A stretch of DNA of 64,000 nt, taken from contig OX597819.1 in assembly GCA_951406725.2 (NCBI GenBank), positions 43,648,001 to 43,712,000 of the forward strand. The letters run 5' to 3'. Below are positions 54,968 to 64,000 of the stretch, one piece after another; within the stretch, counting starts at the first letter, position 1, and each line of letters begins with the position of its first letter. The translations under genes were made by a program, and so were the position numbers. Source of the stretch: Octopus vulgaris (lineage: Eukaryota). The notes under the pieces were generated by a model. It saw only the letters and a list, made by a program, of their open reading frames with translations. It was not told where the DNA came from and ran no database searches.

Positions 54968-55285
54968 GACGGAGTGTGTTCAAATATACATACATACATA
55001 CATACATACATATGTATGTTGCGTGAGAGTGTATGCTATGTGTGTGTGTGTGTGTGTGTTTGAGTATTTATGTATGTGTATATTTAATTTTGAGTGCATG
55101 TGTGTAAGTGTGTATCGATGAATTGGAATTGATATGTGTGTACACACACATACACAGCACACACATACACACACACATATATATATTTGTATGTATGTAT
55201 AGATATACACATACATGTACACGCATGAGTATATCTGTATACATAAGAATGTATCTTTGGTTGAATGACTGGAGATTCAGTTACC

Positions 55286-55363
<78 letters not shown>

Positions 55364-55745
55364 GTGTGCATATATATGTATGTATCTATTTATGTGTGTA
55401 TATACATACATACATATATATGTATATATATATATATATATACACACATGTTCGCACGTTTATCTTTGCTTACAAACTATACCAAAACCTGTGGCAAGCG
55501 TCATAGAACCATTTTCATCCACTCCTACCCATATACATGCATTCATACTCTTTCTCTCTCTATATATATATCACACACACACACACACAAACAAGCATGC
55601 GCTCAGAATTATGTAAATTGCATAAATAAATGTCTATTCATAAGCATACGCATAAACACACACCACTTTTAAACAACAGGAAATTAATGTACTTACAAAA
55701 AAAAATACTCACCCAGAGACATATATATACAATTATATACATATA

Positions 55746-56209
55746 GAGGCGTGGCTGTGTGGTAAGAAGCTATCTTCTCAATCACATTGTTCCGGGTTCA
55801 GTCTCACTGCGTGGCACATTGACCAAGTGTCTTCGACTATAGCCTCGGGCTGACCAAAACCTTGTGAGTGGATTTGATAGACGGAAACTGAAAGAAGCCC
55901 GTCCGTCCGTCCATCCATCCATCCATCCATCCATCCATCCATCCATCTGGATATGGATATATTTATGCGTATGTGTTTGTGTTTGTCCAACCCCCTCCCC
56001 GCCGCCCTCACCGGCGCTTGACAACTGATGTTGGTATGTTTACATTCCATAATTTAGTGGTTCGATAAAAGAGGCCGATTGTTATAAGTACTAGGCTTAC
56101 AAAGAATAAGTCACGGGGTCGATTTCTTCGACCAAAGGCGGTGCTCCAGTATGGCCGCAGCCAAATGACTGAAACAAATAAGAGAATAAATGAATAACAG
56201 AATAAAAGA
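55746..56209 (+). mobile_element. Uninterrupted family A tRNA-SINE (empty-site reference)
   Basis: gtggctgtgtggtaagaagctatc...gggttcagtctc...aaggcggtgctccag...tail; the head is contiguous across the site occupied in two other copies. Confidence 0.9.
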
Positions 56210-56448
56210 ATACATAGATATGTCAGTATCATTGGCGAACTATCAACGCATTTTTCTATACACCCCTGTTTGAGCGTAAAATATATTCTTATATTTTATA
56301 AAATGATATACATAAAGGATGCATGTATACATGCATATATGTCTATGAGTTTCTATCGATGTGTAATTAGTGTATATGCATGCATATATATTCTTAAGAG
56401 TACATACACACACACATGCATACATACATACATACATACATACATACA

Positions 56449-56484
<36 letters not shown>

Positions 56485-56512
56485 TATATATGTTCGTGTT
56501 TCTATCTCTCTC

Positions 56513-56563
<51 letters not shown>

Positions 56564-56750
56564 GTAAATGTATACATATGTCAATATATGTGTATGGTCA
56601 TGTACACTTCTCATAAAACGATGATTAATATTCTTAATCACTATAATTTGCATACATACATTTACACACTAAATACCCTTATGCTCATACCGACATGATT
56701 ATATATATATATATTTACATACATACATACATACATATACATACATATAT

Positions 56751-56813
<63 letters not shown>

Positions 56814-56820
56814 ATGTGTG

Positions 56821-56916
<96 letters not shown>

Positions 56917-57519
56917 TACACAGAAACATACAATCGATTACACGTGCAAAATTATATATGCACACACATACAGCTATAATATATTTCGCTTCATCTCAGG
57001 GTGTTTCGTCGACCAATTTTCTGACCCCGCTCGCTCCGTCAGCCTTCAAGCATCCAGTTTCCAGTCACACCACCCACTGTCTTCTGATGGGTAGAAACTG
57101 CACTAGTCGAATTGTAGCAAAGTGCTAAAAATAAGTAGGAGCCATTAGATAGTCATTAAAAGCAAATAAAGCGAGCAAACAACATCGATAAAATGTCTTT
57201 AAGTTGGATGTAGTTTTGCCGCACAAGGGAATATTGTGCAGGCAGTATGATATCTAAAAGATCAGCCGACTAGCAGACGATAAAACTGTGTGTGTGCGTC
57301 TCTCTCTCTCTCTGTATCTGTATGTGTGATAGTGTCAGTGTGTGAGTGCATGTGTTCGTACGTTTTTTGTGTGTGTATGTATATGTGTACTCGGGCAGTA
57401 TTTATAGTTTATCTCGGTATGTATGATATATTTGTTCGTATGTTCGTACGAGTCAGTAGTTTCCTATATGTATTATACATACATACATACATACATACAT
57501 ACATTCATACATTCATACA

Positions 57520-57553
<34 letters not shown>

Positions 57554-57571
57554 CATATACATATATGTATG

Positions 57572-57606
<35 letters not shown>

Positions 57607-57624
57607 GATATATATATAAATGTG

Positions 57625-57707
<83 letters not shown>

Positions 57708-57895
57708 CGCATATACACATGCATACTCGCGCTCACACACTCATGCACATGTATATTCACACAAACATTCATAAAAGCCTATATCACTGCCTTACTTTGT
57801 TCGTTCTTTCGGACTACAGGAATGTCATATATATATACATGGATGCATAAATACATATGGACACACACAAACGTGTGTGCATGTGTGTGTGTGTG

Positions 57896-57926
<31 letters not shown>

Positions 57927-58112
57927 AGATACGTACATGCGCACAAGGGATTTTACTAAACATTATATAAATTTACAGTTTACGGTGTCGTACTTTAACG
58001 AAGATTGTCAATTGCACACTGGTAGAATTGTGATTATAAATAAACATTTAATAAGTATTAAGATAGACAGACAGACAGACAAACCGAGTGACAGACAGAA
58101 AGATAGACAGAC

Positions 58113-58183
<71 letters not shown>

Positions 58184-58483
58184 TAGATAGATAGACAGAT
58201 AGATAGATAGATAGAAAATGGAAGAGGAGCCAATTAATAGGGATAGATATTTCGATATACCAACTGACACGCAAATTTGACCGTGAGATTTCTTCTCTCT
58301 CTCACTACTATGTTATTTTACTTCTACCACCAGCTGAACTCTCTTTTTATACTCATGCACGCGCGTGTGTTTGTGTGCGTGTATTTATGTATGTATTCTT
58401 GTGTCTATGTATGGTTGTATGTGTGTATGTATTCCTATATAACCGTTATATCAGTGTATGTACTCTAATGTTTGGAATCCAGG

Positions 58484-58700
58484 AAGGCGGCGAGCTGGTA
58501 GAATCGTTAACTCGCCAGGCAAAATTCTTGGCGACATTTCGTTCGTCTGTACGTTCTGAGTTCAAATTCCGCCGAGGTCAAATTTCTTGTTCATCCTTCC
58601 GGGCCAATAAAGTAAATACCAGTTGAGCGCTGGGTCGATATAATCGACTTACTCCTACCCCAAAATTGCCGGCCTTGTGCCAAAATTTGAAACCAATAAT
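58484..58700 (+). mobile_element. Family B SINE, short-tail variant
   Basis: aaggcggcgagctggtagaatcgtta...gagttcaaattccgccgagg...ggccttgtgccaaaatttgaaacc. Confidence 0.85.
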
Positions 58701-59104
58701 TGGCATACATTTGTAAAAGTCAAATGTTCCATGCGTACCCTGAAGTACCAAACAAAGAATATGGAGTATTACTCTGTATTCTGGTGTAATGTTGTGTATA
58801 TCTGGGAGTTTCGTAGTGACTTGAAAATGATGCCAATGCTGGAAGTTTCTCTTGAACTCGTGAACATTACCTCTCGTCACGTTTCTAGATTCCGCCTTTC
58901 CAACACAAGAGCAAGAAATAACTCAAAATATCTGCAGAAAGAAAGAGGTGGTGAAATTCTTGAAACAGGAAAATATGACGGAAACGTTGTTTATGGCACA
59001 TGCATGCGGAAGATATGATACGTACTCAGCATTTCTCTTAAAAGAAAAACTAAATAAGTCTCAAGATATTACCTAACTATGCAGTTTATTTATTTTGTTA
59101 TCGA

Positions 59105-59330
59105 GGCATCATCCAGTCAGGCCGACAGCCCAGGCCAGCCTGACTACCTCTCTCCATCCCTCTCGATTTTCCATTAGTGTTTTTAGGTTTTCCAGCCGCT
59201 GTGGTACCAATGATTTAGTGTCCACAGCAACACATTACTCACAAATTCTTCTTTACTTCTCGAACAGTGTGGCCAGAAAGCCTCAATCTCCGCACTTGGA
59301 TGGTTGATGAGTGAGTTGGTACATTCCTAT
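59105..59330 (-). mobile_element. Old RTE-like LINE 3' end
   Basis: Minus strand LMENREGWREVV...* resembles RTE C-termini. Confidence 0.5.
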
Positions 59331-59993
59331 ATAATCTATGTTTTGTTGGGTGCTCCCTTCAAGAGATGTTGAGCACTACACGTAACATTCTGGTGTAGGC
59401 ACCGAGCATCATGCACCTGAGTCTTTTGGCTAAGATATAAATACACCAGCAGTTTTGACTGCTATTTCTAAGCATGTAAGGGATATTGTAACCCTCTCCG
59501 TTGTAATTATGATTTCATCATATTTATAAACACTTTTTCTTTATATATTTATTTGATAGCATGCTTGACCATTGGCATATTCATGAGCAATTTTTAATTG
59601 TTTATGGTATATCCTTTTTCAAGATTTATACACGCCGTGATACCGTCGGTATCTACATATCAAATCTGAGAGCAATCGGATGGAGAATGCCTGAGATACT
59701 AGAAGACACACACACACAGACAGAAGGGATTTTATATAAGAGATATATAAGTACATGTATGTATGCATTACATGTACTTATAATATATATATATATATGT
59801 TTAAGTAGTTGAGTGAATTATCCTAGTATGGATAATTCGGTTAACCGATACCCGGGTAGCAAATTTACGTCAGAAAGAACGGTTGAAGCTACATGCCAAG
59901 GACAGAAATCACGTGCTTTCGTGTGGAAATTTGTGTTTTTTTACTATAGATAAATGACAGAATGGAGTCGAACGACGATTTAACAAAATTCCT

Positions 59994-60080
59994 TTATTTT
60001 CGACACATGTTTCGAAGACTGCATATTCTTAATTCCGAAGGAATAAAGGGTGCATTATGCCGTCTTCTCATCAGGAATAA
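59994..60080 (-). ncRNA. Type I hammerhead ribozyme motif with intact core (Penelope type)
   Basis: TTATTC-CTGATGA-GAAGAC(GGCATA...TATGCA)GTCTTC-GAA-ACATGTGT-C-GAAAATAA; predicted GUC cleavage at 60002. Confidence 0.72.
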
Positions 60081-60267
60081 TGAGTGATTCTTTAAAATAT
60101 TCCGTTATAAGCAGTGACGTCAAAATTGGCTGGATGGATAAGATTCTAAAAAGTTCAAGAGTTCAAGAATGGTTGGAAGCGGCAAGTACTAAGAATAGGA
60201 GGGTGACAGAGTGCAAGTCGTATGTATGGTGATGCGTTGTTGTTTGCTTTTGCCATGTATACTTTAT

Positions 60268-60389
60268 TTAAAGCTGCAGGAAATTCAACAAAACCTATTA
60301 CTCTGAGTTTCACGTTGCAAAAACTGTCCGACGAACGGCAACGTGAAACTCAGAGTAACAGGTTTTGTTGAATTTTCTGCTGCTTTAAA
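60268..60389. repeat. Hairpin with arms of about 50 bp
   Basis: ttaaagctgcaggaaattcaacaaaacctattactctgagtttcacgttgc pairs with gcaacgtgaaactcagagtaacaggttttgttgaattttctgctgctttaa. Confidence 0.85.
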
Positions 60390-61066
60390 TATTTGAGTAC
60401 TCTTTTTTTCCACCTTGTTTCACATTTATGTGTTTACTCCAGTATATATATATATATATATAAAGTACATGTATGTATGCATTATTCTTTACACAGATAG
60501 CACTGACAGTGACCTCGAAGTTTCGGCTAGCTAAGACGTCATCGGTCTGATGATGAGTAGACCTTCAGTTTAATTTAAATTTGCTTTTATTATATTATAA
60601 AAACAAATATTGATAAACATGTATGTGTATATGTATATATGCATATATATATATATGTATGTGTCTATGCGTGTCTCCCTTTCTCTCTCTCTCTCTCTCT
60701 ACACACACTCATATATATATATATACATACGCACACACACGCACACACACATATATATACACAAAACTCACGCATACATATACATATTTACGCATGTGAA
60801 TATGTATACATGGAAGCTAGAAATGACAGTGGTTAGTAGTAGTAGTTGTTTTTGTTGTAGTTCTTGTAACAAGAACAACAACAGTAATAACAATAATAAT
60901 TATATAAACAGACTCATTTATACACATATACACACATGCGAGCACACTTGCACACACGTACCCATCTATCCATCTGTTCGTCCATCCATCCATCCAGCCA
61001 CCTATACATACATAAATACATACATAAATACATACATATAAGCATGCATGCATACATACATACATA

Positions 61067-61458
61067 CATGGGAAGCACTCCGTCGGTTACGACGACGAGG
61101 GTTCCGGTTGATCCGAATCAACGGAACAGCCTGAAATTAACGTGTAAGTGGCTGAGCACTCCACAGACACGTGTACCCTTAACGTAGTTCTCGGGGATAT
61201 TCAGCGTGACACAGAGAGTGACAAGGCCGGTCCTTTGAAATACAGGTACAACAGAAACAGGAAGTAAGAGTGAGAGAAAGTTGTGGCGAAAGAGTACAGC
61301 AGGGATCACCACCATCCCCTGCCGGAGCCTCGTGGAGTTTTAGGTGTTTTCGCTCAATAAACGTCAATAAACACTCACAACGCCCGGTCTTGGAATCGAA
61401 ACCGCGATCCTATGACTGCGAGTCCGCTGCCCTAACCACTGGGCCATTGCGCCTCCAC
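61067..61458 (-). mobile_element. tRNA-derived SINE, family C, full length
   Basis: GTGGAGGCGCAATGGCCCAGTGGTT (A box)...GGTTTCGATTCC (B box), then body, ending in (TATG)n. Confidence 0.85.
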
Positions 61459-61685
61459 TGTACATACATAGTTTTAAACATATGTATTTCATTTGCTTGT
61501 GTTTAACTCTCTCACAACTGGAAAATCTTTCAGTTTTATTCACCTCCAGAAAGAGAACGAAACAATAGCAAACCACAATAGAAAGAAACAATACAATTTG
61601 ATATAAAAAAAAGAACCATTCCAGAAAACAAGTATTTTTTTATTTAAAAAATAGGCCTAATTTATATAATATTAAACATACATAC

Positions 61686-61751
<66 letters not shown>

Positions 61752-62169
61752 ATGTGTGTCTATGTATATTATATGTATGTAACTTTTATAATCTCACATT
61801 TCACATAAATAACAAAAAGTAAGTTCTTACATTCTCCTTGAAATTCCTTTCATCTTATTGAAAAAAATATATATTTATAATATTTCATTGTTGTTGATGA
61901 TTTATATTATTTAAAAAAACGATTATTATTATTTTCTTTTTTTTACTGTTTTCTTTGTTTCCTTTCGATGTTTTTATTCATTATTTATATATTTGTACTG
62001 CACTGTATTGTATTCTAGTTGTCTCCCTCTTAAAGTTTTCATCCACTAAAAGAAGACATTTTGTTTTTGTGAATATTTCAGTCTGAATTCCTTTACGTTT
62101 CTTTTTTTCTGTTTTTTTTTTTTTGTTATATTATTGTTGTTAGTTTTCGCTGTTCCCGTACTGAAGTCA

Positions 62170-63000
<831 letters not shown>

Positions 63001-63827
63001 TTTGGATACTTTGGTAACGCTGTTGTTGTTCCTGTTATTATAAAGCCCAATCCAACGATGACCATACCGTCTATTTCTTTTTTTTACCTATTCCACTGGT
63101 TATCTAGGAATCCATTATTCAAAGTGTCCTTCACAGAAATTACAATATTTTCTAATTAGTTCTTTCGGCATTTACGACACTGCAAATAGGACTTGAGGGA
63201 GACATAGCTACTATTTCTCGCAGGTACGTCGATAATAATGAAACTCTATCATTGTCGTTAACACCAAACGAAAAGTATTATTCACATGACCATTGTATCA
63301 TTTTGTATATAAAATATCAATGAAATTATTCAATGAGCTCTTTAAGAAGGTAGGATGAGATTTTATAAAGATTTGGTTAGTATTTCAAGCAGGTTGAGCA
63401 CTCATTTAAGAGGCCTGTCTCTTTGGCGCTTGCTTTGTTTTCGAGACAGCTCCATAAGACAAATATGGTGGTCTGAAGTTGACACAAAGGCAACGTCGCC
63501 AAGGAATAATGTAAATTGATATTGCTGTGTCAAAATATTACATTATGGCAAATTGCGAAGAGAATGTAAAGTGTGTGGTCATCGTGTGACTGTGTGTCTG
63601 CTGCAATTTGATGTGAGCTTGTGACTGTTTCTGCGCGTGCGTGCATACGTGTATATGTGTGTGTGTGTGTGTGTGTGTATGTGTGTTTAAATGCGTGTGG
63701 TGTACACACGTGAGGTTGTTCATGTGTTGTGAATGTATGCGATACAGGCACGTGTATGGTAACTGTATCTATGGTGTGTGTATATGTGTATAGACATACT
63801 CCATACGTCTATATCTTCATAAGTACG

Positions 63828-63882
<55 letters not shown>

Positions 63883-64000
63883 GTACGTACATATACGCAT
63901 AAATATATATATGTAGAGTTACGATAATGGCGAGGTGTGTTCTTATAATTTTGTGGACACATATCCGCTAGAAACACATACATACACCAACCCACGCATA

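Noticed and set aside
57000-57090. GC-richer stretch after catctcag as a possible host exon ([16 protein letters not shown]...)
   Set aside because: Weak donor site (gtagaa), no recognisable domain and no partner exons; it would need RNA-seq support.
49860-59020. Faint gag-like (about 50010-50090) and L2/CR1-like (about 52250-52600 and 58700-58900) peptides
   Set aside because: Too degenerate to assign by eye.
60505-60560. CCGATGA...GAAAC hammerhead-like motif; also GAAACAGCTGT near 2260 and 34020
   Set aside because: Stems I and II do not pair convincingly, or the CTGANGA half is missing.
63095-63110. tggttatctag, a partial match to miR-9
   Set aside because: The seed region is mismatched and there is no precursor hairpin.

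Overview
AT-rich eukaryotic non-genic DNA saturated with microsatellites and transposable elements. The tRNA-derived SINE families resemble octopus/coleoid repeats (inference). No host protein-coding gene is supportable, and almost all of the ORF track is translated microsatellite. The main result is an apparent SINE-targeting retroelement consortium with three members. (i) A near-intact 5.4-kb L1/Tx1-type LINE (40727-46168, minus strand; ORF1 plus APE-RT-zinc finger ORF2). (ii) A 2.2-kb ORF1-only element (17368-19591, minus) with a diverged homologous ORF1. Both sit at the same nucleotide inside the tRNA head of two separate copies of one SINE family, with 14-17 bp TSDs. (iii) A second SINE family whose tail shares 25/26 nt with the LINE 3'UTR and twice sits at one fixed position in the head of its own family. 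All three end in a small stem-loop plus GAAATA with no poly(A). Also present: a head-to-tail Helitron dimer, R4/Dong-like RLE fragments in (AAT)n, Penelope-type minimal hammerhead motifs, a twin-primed RTE insertion, a SINE-mediated template-switch inverted duplication, and an old duplicated block with highly conserved non-coding islands.
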